Counted from the stretch's first letter, positions 47,523-61,197 are shown. The stretch is DNA of 64,000 nucleotides from Planctomycetota bacterium (GCA_027001995.1 JALTLO010000202.1:21102-85101); one strand, 5' to 3'. Made by a program: numbers and translations. The notes: a model not told the origin generated them from the letters alone.

Positions 47523-48281
47523 TTACTTTTGTTCGAATTTGACGATGCGTGCGAAACTCTCAGCGTTCATGCTGGCACCACCTACGAGGGCACCGTCGAT
47601 GTCTTCCATGGACATGAGTTGGTCCACATTCTCTGGTTTTACGCTGCCGCCGTACTGAATACGCAGGTCTTCGGCCACGCTGCGGTCGAAAAGCTCGAGA
47701 ACCACACCACGAATCAAGGCGTGTGTTTCTTGGGCCATTTCAGGGGTGGCCGTTTTTCCGGTTCCGATGGCCCACACGGGCTCATAAGCGATGGTGCAGT
47801 GGGCCATGTTTTCTTTTGTGATCCCCTGAAGTCCTTCGGTGACTTGGCAGGTGATGACGTCAGCGGTTGTGCCGCCTTCTCTTTCTTGCAGCGTTTCGCC
47901 AACGCAAAGGATCGGTGAGAGCCCAGCCCCCAATGCCGCCTTCATCTTGCGGTTCACTGTGGCATTGTCCTCGCCCATGATGTGGCGTCGCTCGCTGTGT
48001 CCTAAAATGACGTAGGTAGCCCCAGCGCTCCTGAGGATCTGGGCACTGATTTCACCGGTGAAGGCACCCTCATTTTCGAAGTAGATGTTTTGTCCGCCGA
48101 CCTTGACATGGCTGCCATCCATGGCTTCTGCCATGGAAGCTATGGAAATAAATGTCGGAAAAAGAGCAATATCCCGGTCAGTCACTCCGGAGACGGCTTC
48201 TCGAATGTCCTCGGACAAGCTTTTTGCCTGTCGAAGATCTAAATTCATCTTCCAATTACCGGCTAAGAATGGTTTTCGCAT
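47523..48281 (-). CDS. tpiA: Triosephosphate isomerase
   Basis: AGNWKMN, GAFTGE, GHSERR, AYEPVWAIGTG, YGGSV, LVGGAS; start MRKPFLAG. Confidence 0.97.
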   Translation of the reverse strand: MRKPFLAGNWKMNLDLRQAKSLSEDIREAVSGVTDRDIALFPTFISIASMAEAMDGSHVKVGGQNIYFENEGAFTGEISAQILRSAGATYVILGHSERRHIMGEDNATVNRKMKAALGAGLSPILCVGETLQEREGGTTADVITCQVTEGLQGITKENMAHCTIAYEPVWAIGTGKTATPEMAQETHALIRGVVLELFDRSVAEDLRIQYGGSVKPENVDQLMSMEDIDGALVGGASMNAESFARIVKFEQK

Positions 48282-48448
48282 CTTATTTCGCACAAAGGAC
48301 TTATGTCGTTTAATTCTGGTTATTCTCAGAATCTGCGTTGAAGGCGCACCTTCTCCGCGCAGTCTGGTCAACCGAAGGAGCATATTGGCAATCTGAGCGC
48401 CCCAAAGCAAGAGCCTGCTGGGCTTTCAGAGGGAGTGCCTGGGCGGTC

Positions 48449-48484
48449 AAAAAAAAACGGGGCCTGGGCGTGAACCCAGGCCCC
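48449..48484 (-). terminator. Intrinsic terminator after groEL
   Basis: Minus strand GGGGCCTGGG-TTCACG-CCCAGGCCCC-G-T9. Confidence 0.93.
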
Positions 48485-48513
48485 ATCATTCACGAAAAGT
48501 CTTCGATCGGAGT

Positions 48514-50130
48514 TTAGTACATGTCCCCAGGGCCAGCGGCACTGGTCTTGTTTTCATCTGGGAGATCAGCAATCAGGGCCTCTGTGGTCAGAAGCAAGGA
48601 TGCGATGGATCCAGCGTTTTGCAGAGCTGTACGGGTGACCTTCGTGGGATCGATAATACCGGCTTTGATGAGATCGCAGTATTCGCCGTTAGCAGCATTG
48701 AAGCCATGAGCGCCTTTGCCGTCGGCGACATTTTGGACCACAACATCACCTTTGAAGCCAGCGTTTTCCGCGATGTGGAAGAGAGGGGCGGTAAGAGCGC
48801 GCTTGACGATCTCCAGTCCGACTCTTTCGTCGCCTTCGATGTCGGATTTGTCGATCGCGGTGCAAGCGCGAATCAGGGCGCATCCGCCGCCGGGCAAGAC
48901 GCCTTCTTCCACAGCAGCACGTGTGGCATTGAGGGCATCCTCAACACGGGCTTTCTTTTCCTTCATCTCGGTTTCGGTGGCTGCGCCGACGTTGATCTGG
49001 CCAACACCACCGGAGAGTTTTGCCAGTCGCTCTTGCAGTTTCTCGGCATCATATTCGCTGCTAGTGGCTTCGATCTCGTTGCGAATCTGAGTGATTCTTG
49101 CGGAGATGTCTGTCTTCTTACCACTGCCTTCAACGATCGTCGTGCTGTCTTTGTCGATGATGACGCGCTTGGCGGAACCCAGATCTTTGATGGTCAACTC
49201 TTCAACATTGATACCCAAGTCTTCGAATACGGCAGTTGCACCGGTCAGGACGGCCAGGTCTTCCAACATGGCCTTGCGGCGGTCACCAAAGCCAGGAGCT
49301 TTGACGGCACAGCAGGTCATGATGCCGCGGATTTTGTTGACAACCAGGGTTGCCAGGGCTTCCCCTTCAATGTCTTCGGCAATGATGAGGATAGGCCGAC
49401 CAGCCTGAGCGACCTTCTCGAGAACAGGAATCAAATCTTTGATGCTTGTGAGTTTCTTCTCGTGCACCAAAATGAATGGATTGTCCAGGACAACTTCCAT
49501 GCTCTTTGGATCTGTGACGAAGTAAGGCGACAAGTAGCCCTTGTCGAACTGCATACCTTCGACCCAAGTGACTTCAGTATTCAGGCTCTTGCCTTCTTCA
49601 ACGGTGATGACACCGTCGTTGCCAACCTTTTCCATAGCTTCGGCGATTTTGTCACCTACGGCTTGGTCGTTGTTAGCGGCAATACAAGCGACCTGAGCGA
49701 TCTCTTGGGCTGTCTTGACTTTCTTAGAAGTCTTGTGGAGTTGCTCCACAACCAAGTTGATGGCGCTTTCGATGCCCCGCTTAATGCCAATGGGGGAGGC
49801 ACCTGCAATGACGTTCTTGAGGCCTTCTTCGAAGATAGCTTCTGCCAAGACTGTGGCTGTGGTTGTGCCGTCTCCGGCTACATCATTCGTCTTGCTGGCA
49901 ACCTCTTTCACCATCTGGGCGCCCATGTTTTCGTAGGCGTCTTCGATTTCGACTTCCTTAGCAACGGTGACACCGTCTTTGGTGACGGTGGGGCTGCCGA
50001 AGCTCTTAGCGATGACGACATTTCGGCCCCGTGGACCTAATGTCACTTTTACCGCTTGGGCCAGTTTCCTGACACCAGTACGGAGTGAGCTGTAGACCTC
50101 TTGGTCAAATGCGATTTTCTTTGCACCCAT
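48514..50130 (-). CDS. groEL: Chaperonin GroEL
   Basis: [57 protein letters not shown]. Confidence 0.98.
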   Translation of the reverse strand: MGAKKIAFDQEVYSSLRTGVRKLAQAVKVTLGPRGRNVVIAKSFGSPTVTKDGVTVAKEVEIEDAYENMGAQMVKEVASKTNDVAGDGTTTATVLAEAIFEEGLKNVIAGASPIGIKRGIESAINLVVEQLHKTSKKVKTAQEIAQVACIAANNDQAVGDKIAEAMEKVGNDGVITVEEGKSLNTEVTWVEGMQFDKGYLSPYFVTDPKSMEVVLDNPFILVHEKKLTSIKDLIPVLEKVAQAGRPILIIAEDIEGEALATLVVNKIRGIMTCCAVKAPGFGDRRKAMLEDLAVLTGATAVFEDLGINVEELTIKDLGSAKRVIIDKDSTTIVEGSGKKTDISARITQIRNEIEATSSEYDAEKLQERLAKLSGGVGQINVGAATETEMKEKKARVEDALNATRAAVEEGVLPGGGCALIRACTAIDKSDIEGDERVGLEIVKRALTAPLFHIAENAGFKGDVVVQNVADGKGAHGFNAANGEYCDLIKAGIIDPTKVTRTALQNAGSIASLLLTTEALIADLPDENKTSAAGPGDMY

Positions 50131-50163
50131 GGGATCATTCCTTTCGGGCTATGAGATTTGTAA

Positions 50164-50460
50164 TTACTTGCCGACGACAGCGAGAATGTCGTCTTCGCCC
50201 ATGATCAAGAGAGCTTGACCGTCGACTTTGATTTCGGTGCCGGCGTAGGAGCTGAAGATGACCCGATCTTTCGTTTTCACCTGGAGGGGAGAACGGTCGC
50301 CATTCTTGTTGAGGCGGCCTTCACCGATTGCCATGATGATGCCTTCTTGTGGTTTCTCTTTTGCTGAGTCTGGCAAAATGATGCCACCAGCGGTTTTGGA
50401 TTCTGCCTCGACGCGCTTCACAATGACTCGGTCGTTTAGTGGTTGCAGTTTAGTAGCCAT
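50164..50460 (-). CDS. groES: Co-chaperonin GroES
   Basis: [37 protein letters not shown] before ATG 50460. Confidence 0.97.
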   Translation of the reverse strand: MATKLQPLNDRVIVKRVEAESKTAGGIILPDSAKEKPQEGIIMAIGEGRLNKNGDRSPLQVKTKDRVIFSSYAGTEIKVDGQALLIMGEDDILAVVGK

Positions 50461-50552
50461 TCGCTTCAATCTCCTATTTGCCGGTTTTCCGGCTCTGTCC
50501 ATCTGTCGTTCAATCGTCCGGCTCGTCGAAACCGGAATGTTCTTATTTGGTT

Positions 50553-50918
50553 TCAAACCCGGAGGCTCGAAACGGATTGCCTTAAATTGGCAAGCTCAAT
50601 CGGCTTGTCCAAGAGGCAATCAACTTCCATGCGTTGGGCTTCTGCACGAATTTCTTCGGTCAAATGCCCAGACATCAAAATGGCCGCCATTTCGTGATGA
50701 ATTTCACGCAATTGGGCCAAGGTTTGTAATCCCGTACGGCTACCCAAGAACATGTCCAGGATGGTGGCATCCATGTGATGTTCTTTCACGAGTTCCAAGG
50801 CCTCCAGGGGGCAGGTCGCGCGGAAACAGTCCAGCCCATCTCTTTCCAGTGCTTCCTTCAACGTAGCAAGCAGTTGGATGTCGTCATCGACAAGCAAGAT
50901 AGAGCGAACTGGCCTCAT
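50553..50918 (-). CDS. Single-domain response regulator (CheY-like)
   Basis: [11 protein letters not shown] phosphoacceptor, LMSG, LDKP; AGGAG SD. Confidence 0.88.
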   Translation of the reverse strand: MRPVRSILLVDDDIQLLATLKEALERDGLDCFRATCPLEALELVKEHHMDATILDMFLGSRTGLQTLAQLREIHHEMAAILMSGHLTEEIRAEAQRMEVDCLLDKPIELANLRQSVSSLRV

Positions 50919-51037
50919 GACCGGTCTCCTGGACGAGATAATCACCTTGAATACGCAAGAAGCGGACCAACCTTGGTTCTCGGGCGGGAAGTCCCTAATC
51001 TATGGGCAGAGAACGGGTTTACGCTCTATTCATGTCC

Positions 51038-51112
51038 CAAGGATGCGTGACAGGATGGCAGCTACTCCGAGGACGCTGAATGGTGGCTGTCAAACTGTCA
51101 GCCACGAAGGAG
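51038..51112 (+). promoter_or_regulatory. Cluster of AGGA motifs (candidate CsrA/RsmA sites) in a 5' leader
   Basis: CAAGGATG, ACAGGATG, CGAGGACG and GAAGGAG (SD) within 75 nt. Confidence 0.4.
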
Positions 51113-51122
51113 AATTGGATCA

Positions 51123-52310
51123 ATGAAGTGGCTTATTCCCCTGGTTGCCGGCATGTTGGCCGCCTTCTTGGCCTACGCTATCTGGACTGGTTTTATCGAG
51201 GACTCCGGGACCAAAGGAACGTCTCCAAATACGACTGAAGGTCAGGATGACACCAACGGCAAGGACGGAGATTCGGCCAAAAAGCCCAAAAAGCCCAAGA
51301 AGAACACGACCAAGAATAATCAGCTTCCTGCTTGGTTGCAGCGGGGCCCCATCACCATGACTGACAATCGCAGCAAGCGCTGGGACGGTTTACCTTTGGT
51401 GATCGGAGAGCTGGAGGCTCTCACCCGTGGGCGGGACAAGTACTCAGTCAACAACATCACGCTGAAGATCAAGCTCAATGAACTTCGTCTCGCCATGGCG
51501 GCTATGTCCAAAGAGGAGCAGGTGCAGCTAGCTGAGTATTTTCGGGCATCAGAGGATCCCACTCTCAAGTACTACTTGATGGCTTCTTTTCGCAATTGGG
51601 GTGGAGAGGCTTACGTCGATGCCATCGCGGAATATTACGAAGCCGAGCCAGAGATGGTTGGCGAGTCTTTGATGCACTTGATGGGGCGAACCCCCAAAGC
51701 TGTCGAGGCCATGGAGAGGCTCATTGATGACGAAATTGATCCCTTTCGCAAAGCCAAGCTGGTGGCGCGAGCAGCTTACTTGGGGGCACCAGGAACTGAG
51801 CCTTTGATGTTGAAATTGTTCAACAAGAAGAATTCCGTGGGGCGGCGCCAAGCGATCCCAGGGTTGGCAAAGCTGAGTTCTCCTGAAGGGCATCAGAAAT
51901 TGTTGAATCTCATCGACGGGAAGTATGAGAAGGCAGTTTATTTGCCTGAAGAATCCGCGGCCATCAGCGAAGAAATGAATGATCTTCGTTGCCACGCTGT
52001 CCTGGCATTGCTCCAAAACGGGAGCGATCGTGAAATCGAATCACTTCTTGATCGCGCTTTGAGGGAAGATGCAGACCAATCCGTTGCCAGTTACGTCGAT
52101 CAGTACTTCCCCACAGTCAAAAGCTCCCTCTGGATTCCCAAAGTAATCGACAACATTGTTGCCAAGGGAAAAGCATCGCCCTCGATGTTGATGTATCTGT
52201 CAAGACGGGCAGAATCGAAGGATATTCCTCAGTTAGAACGTCTTTTGGCCTCGAAGATATCGAAAAAAGACCTGCGTCTCGTTCAAGAGACTCTTGATCG
52301 TTTGCGTTAA
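51123..52310 (+). CDS. Hypothetical membrane-anchored alpha-helical (HEAT-like) protein
   Basis: N-terminal TM helix, low-complexity T/D/K linker, helical repeat-like body; AAGGAG SD. Confidence 0.72.
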   Translation: MKWLIPLVAGMLAAFLAYAIWTGFIEDSGTKGTSPNTTEGQDDTNGKDGDSAKKPKKPKKNTTKNNQLPAWLQRGPITMTDNRSKRWDGLPLVIGELEALTRGRDKYSVNNITLKIKLNELRLAMAAMSKEEQVQLAEYFRASEDPTLKYYLMASFRNWGGEAYVDAIAEYYEAEPEMVGESLMHLMGRTPKAVEAMERLIDDEIDPFRKAKLVARAAYLGAPGTEPLMLKLFNKKNSVGRRQAIPGLAKLSSPEGHQKLLNLIDGKYEKAVYLPEESAAISEEMNDLRCHAVLALLQNGSDREIESLLDRALREDADQSVASYVDQYFPTVKSSLWIPKVIDNIVAKGKASPSMLMYLSRRAESKDIPQLERLLASKISKKDLRLVQETLDRLR

Positions 52311-52327
52311 AGATCTTTCTGGGTTGG

Positions 52328-52873
52328 CTACATACGTTCTCGAGTGACCTCAATCTCCCGTTTGAGGTCTTCGTGCCAGTAGTCGGAAGTGGCAGTTTTG
52401 AGACCGCGCCGAAAAGTGCTGAGAGCTTTCTTAAGGTCCCCTGATTCCCGTTGGACCATTCCTAAGACCATAAGAGCACTGGAGTCCAGTGGGTCTGTGC
52501 GAATCATCCTTTGGGCCTGTTTGGCAGCGGCTTCATATTCCCCGCGGAGAAAGAGAACCAAGCTGCGCCGATATTGGCCCCGTCGTCGCTTGGCGACGGT
52601 CTTGCCCTTAAGCCAGACTGTGAGGCGAATGATGTCGACGAAAGTGAAAACGTATAACCCCGCAATGGCCGCCAAGCAGGCATTATAGAGTAAGTTGTAT
52701 TCGACCTCGGCAGCATTGAGATAGAGGAGAATGCGGGCGTTTGCGATGGCGCAAGTGAGAATGAAGATCGAAAGCCCACGATTATAACGGTGAACCCAAA
52801 TGTGACCCCATCCGGGCACAATGGACAGGGTAAGAGGAACAAGGACGCGAAATAGTGCTGCAATTCTTCCCAT
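52328..52873 (-). CDS. Membrane protein with C-terminal TPR
   Basis: PGWGHIW motif plus TM helices, then TPR-like GEYEAA...ALMVLGMVQRESGDLKKAL. Confidence 0.72.
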   Translation of the reverse strand: MGRIAALFRVLVPLTLSIVPGWGHIWVHRYNRGLSIFILTCAIANARILLYLNAAEVEYNLLYNACLAAIAGLYVFTFVDIIRLTVWLKGKTVAKRRRGQYRRSLVLFLRGEYEAAAKQAQRMIRTDPLDSSALMVLGMVQRESGDLKKALSTFRRGLKTATSDYWHEDLKREIEVTRERM

Positions 52874-52909
52874 GAAAGAACTTTACCACCAGAACTTCAG
52901 GAGGCAAAG

Positions 52910-53581
52910 ATGAAACAAAGTCCGCTCAATTCTCTTATGGATCAAGCATTTGCGAATACAAGCAGCCTCTATCTCATTGCCTCTCAAGGAAATCGTTCTC
53001 TAAGCGCGTATTTGGCCCATGTGGAGGCGGCGATTCTTGGGGGCGTCGATCTGGTGCAAATGCGTGAGAAAGAGAGAGTACCCCAAGATCTTCTTGTTCT
53101 GGGTGAGGAACTTGTGGCTCTCTGCCATAGCTACCATGTACCCCTGATTGTCAATGACCTTGTTCAAGTGGCTGCGGCGATCCAGGCTGACGGAGTTCAT
53201 CTAGGGCAAGATGATATGAGTCCCAAGGAAGCAGCACAATTCATGGGGCCAACGAGAAAGGTTGGCTGGTCAACTCATTCCCTTGACCAAGTTGGCTTGG
53301 CAATAAGAAACGAAGCTGTCGCCATGGTGGGTTTTGGTCCCATCTTTGCCACCCAGACGAAGGACGCTGGTCCCGCCCTGGGGCCAAGACTATTGCAAAA
53401 AGCTCTCGACTTGGGTGATAGCCTTCCCCTCTGGGCTATTGGTGGCATTTCTTTGGACAACCTTCCTCAAGTGTTGGGCTCCGGGTGCCATCGGATTGCT
53501 GTTTCCTCTCTCATCATGGAAGCCAAAAATCCCCAAGAGATCGCGCAGCGAGCAAAATCTCTTTTGGCTTCTTCTTCATGA
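52910..53581 (+). CDS. thiE: Thiamine phosphate synthase
   Basis: VQMREK, LIVND, DGVHLGQDD, GWSTHS, GPIFATQTK, AIGGI. Confidence 0.93.
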   Translation: MKQSPLNSLMDQAFANTSSLYLIASQGNRSLSAYLAHVEAAILGGVDLVQMREKERVPQDLLVLGEELVALCHSYHVPLIVNDLVQVAAAIQADGVHLGQDDMSPKEAAQFMGPTRKVGWSTHSLDQVGLAIRNEAVAMVGFGPIFATQTKDAGPALGPRLLQKALDLGDSLPLWAIGGISLDNLPQVLGSGCHRIAVSSLIMEAKNPQEIAQRAKSLLASSS

Positions 53582-53595
53582 TGGCCCTGCCAGGC

Positions 53596-55464
53596 TCACG
53601 GTTGACGGTTGAGTTTTGCTACCGCGATCATGAGGTCTTCCTCGCGGAAGGGTTTTCCCAAGAACCCGCAGATCTTCCGGTCTTCCAAGCGTCCTAAGAC
53701 TTCGACCTCAGCGAATCCGCTGGTGATCAGAACAGGCACATCTGGGTTGATTTCTGCCAAATGATCGAGGACCTCCTCTCCATCCATTTGAGGCATCGTC
53801 AGGTCAAGAATCACACCATGCAAGTTTTCATGCTCTTGGCGAAACAACTCAATCCCCACGACCCCTTCAGCTGCTTCCAATGGTGTGAAACCATTGAACC
53901 CTAACATGGCTCCAATGAATTCTCGGACTCCAGCTTCATCGTCAATGATGAGGATGATCCTTTGTCCCGGACTTGCGGCGGTTTCTGATTCGTTCTTAGA
54001 AATAGGGATGACAGGTGTTTGCTTTTCGAGGGAAAACACAATCGACATGGTTGTTCCCCCAGGAGTTTGGCTCTTGAGAAGCAATCCGCCTCCCAAGTTT
54101 CTGATGATTCCAGCTGTGGCTGCCAAACCTAAGCCTCTGCCTTTGAACCTTGTGGTAAAAAACGGATCAAGAACACGGGCTATGTTTTCTTCTGAGATAC
54201 CTTCACCATTGTCTTCCACTTCGACAAAGGCCAAAAGGCCGGGCTGGAGGCCGTCGCCCAAATGAATCCCCTGTAATTCGTCTGCGCTGAAGTTACGGCG
54301 GCCACAACGAATGGTAATGAGGCCATTTGTTTCGGGCATCGCTTCGATGGCGTTGTCAACCATGTTCATGAGCGCTTGGCGCAACTGCACCTCATTGGAG
54401 GAGAGGGGCAAGGTTGGTGGCCCTTCTACTTCGTAGCGAATGGTGAAGCGGTTGCGATTCGCTACCTCAATTGTCTCTTTCGTTCCTGTTACACATGCGA
54501 TCAAATCGATGTTGTCGAGCCCGGTGTACATGGTGCCAGAGTAGGCCAGCATTTGTGCCGAAAGATCGGCCGCTCCTTTGGCTGAGTTTGCCAATTCCGA
54601 TGCCAGTTTCTTGAGGTTCTCATCGTCGGGAAGTTCTCTTGCCAATCGATCAGCACCCCCAAGAATAGGTACCAAGAGATTATTGAAGTCGTGTGCAATG
54701 CCAGAGGTGAGAACGCTGAGGCTTTCGTAGCGATCAGCTCGCCTGGTTTGCTCTTCAAGTTGCTTGTTTGCCTGATCTCTTTGTTTTCTTTCGGTGACAT
54801 CCATGAACATGCCAACGTGGCCGGCGTAAATGCCGTTGACGAAGCGGGGATGACTGAGGCAGACGACCCAGATTGGATCTCTGTTTTCGCCAACAAAGCG
54901 AAAGACTCGCTCGAAAATCGTTTGATCGGTGAGAGCCGTCTCCCAGGCAAGTTGGACATCTACTCGATCGTCTGGATGGATGGCTTCGCGAAATCCCTCT
55001 TTTCGTGTCCGCCTTGCTCCAAGCCCTGTCATTTCACCCATGAGCTTGTTGACGTAAACAAGGCGCTTTTCGATGTCAGATTCGAAGATCCCAACGGGTA
55101 CCACAGCAGCCAAATCGCGGAATCTGGATTCCCCTGAAGCGATCTTGGAGGTGGCCGAGTCGTCCAAACGGTCAATGTTTCTGGCCAAGTCCTGAGCGTG
55201 CTGGCGTAAGAAGTTACGTTGTCCTTGGAGCTTGAGGATCGATCTTGTGACCAGAAGGTAGGACGCCGCAATGAGGCCCATGGCAATCTCTGTGGTTTGT
55301 GTCTGAGAGCTCAAGGAACAGGCAGCCAAGCCGAAAGCGATAAGCCCAGCCAAGAGTAATACGCTACGACAGTTACGTTTGTCGTCTTGATCGAGAAGAC
55401 CGTAGAAGCGGATAGTCTCCGCCACAACAGCGAGGAGCGAGATTAAGCAAACGATTCGGGTCAT
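53596..55464 (-). CDS. Membrane PAS-domain hybrid histidine kinase (CckA-like architecture)
   Basis: N-terminal TMs, PAS (IHPDD...DVTERK), GIAHDFNNLL, DNGEG, PFFTT..GRGLGL, intact receiver (IIDDE, LDLTMP, KPF). Confidence 0.92.
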   Translation of the reverse strand: MTRIVCLISLLAVVAETIRFYGLLDQDDKRNCRSVLLLAGLIAFGLAACSLSSQTQTTEIAMGLIAASYLLVTRSILKLQGQRNFLRQHAQDLARNIDRLDDSATSKIASGESRFRDLAAVVPVGIFESDIEKRLVYVNKLMGEMTGLGARRTRKEGFREAIHPDDRVDVQLAWETALTDQTIFERVFRFVGENRDPIWVVCLSHPRFVNGIYAGHVGMFMDVTERKQRDQANKQLEEQTRRADRYESLSVLTSGIAHDFNNLLVPILGGADRLARELPDDENLKKLASELANSAKGAADLSAQMLAYSGTMYTGLDNIDLIACVTGTKETIEVANRNRFTIRYEVEGPPTLPLSSNEVQLRQALMNMVDNAIEAMPETNGLITIRCGRRNFSADELQGIHLGDGLQPGLLAFVEVEDNGEGISEENIARVLDPFFTTRFKGRGLGLAATAGIIRNLGGGLLLKSQTPGGTTMSIVFSLEKQTPVIPISKNESETAASPGQRIILIIDDEAGVREFIGAMLGFNGFTPLEAAEGVVGIELFRQEHENLHGVILDLTMPQMDGEEVLDHLAEINPDVPVLITSGFAEVEVLGRLEDRKICGFLGKPFREEDLMIAVAKLNRQP

Positions 55465-55477
55465 TGTTGCTCAAGTT

Positions 55478-58582
<3,105 letters not shown>

Positions 58583-58586
<4 letters not shown>

Positions 58587-60364
58587 TGTCTTACTCTCTT
58601 CATTTGCTTCATTCTTCCCAACAGTTCAGTGGCCATGGTCAACACGACTGGCCCGAAGATGAGAGCCTCGGCGAAGTCATAGGTGTCTGATAGGTGCATG
58701 GCAAGACCGGAATAAGTCAGCACCAAGGGCACTTTGGATCGGCAAAATGGCAAGAACGGAACCAGCCAGAGGAGATACCAAGGGTAGACCGCAGGTGTGG
58801 AGATCCAGAGCGCAAAGAAAAGCCAAACAGAAACCGTAGGGAGAAGCGTTTTCTTGACTGCGAATATGAGGGCGAAGATCAGAAGGAGGGCGGCAACGAT
58901 CTTCTGAGCTTGTTTTCTCTTGATATCGTATTCACCGGGCCCAGGCATGAAACTTTCCAAGGTGCGAAATATCGGGGCATTGGCGACCCAGCGGCTGCCA
59001 TAGTGACGAAATCCCATGCCTATTTTTTCTCCCACCTTGACCAAGAAAAGACCTAATTCTTGGTCTTGAGGTGCGCAGAGGAGAAAGTCTTCGGACAAGA
59101 AAAACTTGCCAACCACTTGGTCACCATGGCTCAATGCAAGTGTCTGAGGGGAATCGATCCAGTATCGGCCTTCGAAAGCTCCCTTGAGCCTTCCTTGTCC
59201 ATCGAAACGCAAGGACTTGCCGTCCAGCTGTTTCCAAGCATCTGAGAAGGCGACAATACGGTATTGGCCGAGCAAGTCGTTCCACTGAATGTTGTCACAA
59301 GCTTTGAGGTTGGAGTGATGCAGGAGGCTTTGACTCCTCGGGGGCTCCGCTGACTGCTCAAGAATGACCATGGCCCGTCCAGATGCGGTCACAAGGGGTG
59401 GGATATCGTTACTTCTGGTGCCGTCTTTGACCGGGAACCGAAGGGTCTTGCCTTGGTCTATGCCCCCAATGATCTTCCATGTGCCGTCTTGAGGTTGGGC
59501 CACGATTTTTCCTGGTAAGTAACACCAGGCAACTGCGCCAAAGACGATGAAGCCCGCTACAATCATGCCTTTCCAACCAGCTTTGACGAGTAGCGAGAAA
59601 CCGACGATGAGGGTGACGACCTTGCTGAGGGCGGACAAAGCGAAGAACACCCAGGCTGAGGTCTTGTCCCCTTTTTTCAGGGCCAAGATCGAAAAGACCA
59701 AGAAAGTCACGGCAACCAGGTCAACGTGCCCGCCGCCGATACCATCGAGCAAGACCAAGGGATGAAAGGCATAAACCACAATCCATCTGGGGTCTTTGTC
59801 GTACAGGGCTAAGAGTTTGGGCAAGAGCAGGATTAGAAGGGTGTCAAATACCAGTGTGACGAAAATCCAGCCCCCTAAGTCAGGGGAAACCTGGGAGCCG
59901 AGGGCAAAAAGGAACTCGGCGACCGGGGGATAGATGGTGGCAATACGACTATTGTTGACGCCTTGCCTAATTGTCTCGAGGGCAGAATCTTGGCTGAGCT
60001 CGTCGAAAAGAGGAGAAGCCGGTGCCTCGCGGTAAGGGTTCCCGCCTGCAGACACCACATGACCTTCGAAGACGTAGCGATTGATGTCATCAGAAGTGTA
60101 GAGATGATTGGCCACCAAGCCGGTAAACAAATGAGCAAGAATGCCTGCTGCGATGATTCCCTTTAGGTGTTGGGATTTCGCTGGATCAGCGTTGCGCCAC
60201 CAAAGCCATTGCAGGAGTCCCATGATGGGAACGGTGAGAAGGTAGGCAGGAAAGGGAAGGCCAAATCGTGTTACCCAAGCCATGACCCCGGCAGCAACCA
60301 CAAGTAGGGTCGCCGCCAAGAGGGGCCTCTTCTTTGGCTTCGTTCTTGGCGTCAACGTCGCCAT
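58583..60364 (-). CDS. Polytopic GT-C fold glycosyltransferase (GT87-like) with an inserted soluble domain
   Basis: SDDINRY..EG, NPY, TIYPP, HPL...GHVD, YPWYLLWL motifs; many TM helices. Confidence 0.78.
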
Positions 60365-60369
60365 GGATC

Positions 60370-61197
60370 CTAATCCGCAGCGGCTTCGCGAATAGCCAGG
60401 AGCTTCTTCACCAAAGGTCCGAAGTCTGCCAGGGGCAAGGCATTGTCCGCATCACTCTTGGCCAATTCTGGGTTCTCGTGGACTTCAAAGAAAAGCCCAT
60501 CCACACCCACGGCCACGGCGGCTTTTGCCAAGTATGGGACCATTGTACGATCGCCGCCTGTACGGTTGCCATGACCCCCAGGTTGTTGAACGCTGTGAGT
60601 GGCATCGAAAATCACGGGAACTCCCAAGCGTCTCATGATGGGAAGCCCACGGAAATCGTTCACCAATGTGTTGTAGCCGAAGGAGTTGCCACGCTCGGTC
60701 AGAGTGATTTTCTCACTACCCGCTTCCTCAATTTTCGTTACCACGTTTTTCATGTCGTGGGGGGAGAGGAATTGCCCTTTCTTGACGTTGACGATACGGC
60801 CGGTTTTCGCCGCCGCCACCAAGAGGTCTGTTTGGCGACAAAGAAATGCTGGGATCTGGATGATATCCGCCACCTCAGCAACGGCGTCCATTTGAGCGCT
60901 CTCGTGAACATCGGTGACCAAGGGCAGGCCAGTCTTTGCTTTCACTTCGGAAAGAATTCTGAGACCTTCTGTCATTCCTGGGCCCCGATAGCTGGAGATG
61001 GCTGATCTGTTGGCTTTGTCAAATGAACTCTTAAACACCAAGGTGATGGGGAGATCAGCGGCCATCTCAGCCAACTTTTCCGCGTGGCGAAGTGTGGTAT
61101 CCAAGTCTTCAACAATGCAAAGTCCGGCTAGGACCACCAGGTTTGATTCTGGTCCGATGGACAAGGTGCCTGATGTAACTGTGCGTGGCGTTTCCAT
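60370..61197 (-). CDS. kdsA: KDO8P synthase
   Basis: FKSSFDKANRS, QIPAFLCRQTDL, NVKKGQF, ERGNSFGY, FDATHSVQ.PG. Confidence 0.96.
   Translation of the reverse strand: METPRTVTSGTLSIGPESNLVVLAGLCIVEDLDTTLRHAEKLAEMAADLPITLVFKSSFDKANRSAISSYRGPGMTEGLRILSEVKAKTGLPLVTDVHESAQMDAVAEVADIIQIPAFLCRQTDLLVAAAKTGRIVNVKKGQFLSPHDMKNVVTKIEEAGSEKITLTERGNSFGYNTLVNDFRGLPIMRRLGVPVIFDATHSVQQPGGHGNRTGGDRTMVPYLAKAAVAVGVDGLFFEVHENPELAKSDADNALPLADFGPLVKKLLAIREAAAD

Noticed and set aside
48361..48372. GTTGACCAGACT (minus strand) resembling a HEARO/omega-RNA motif
   Set aside because: Isolated 12-mer in the tpiA leader; no IscB/TnpB gene or other omega-RNA elements nearby
48619..50040. 473-aa plus-strand ORF antisense to groEL
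   Set aside because: Shadow frame produced by codon bias of a highly expressed gene; no recognisable motifs
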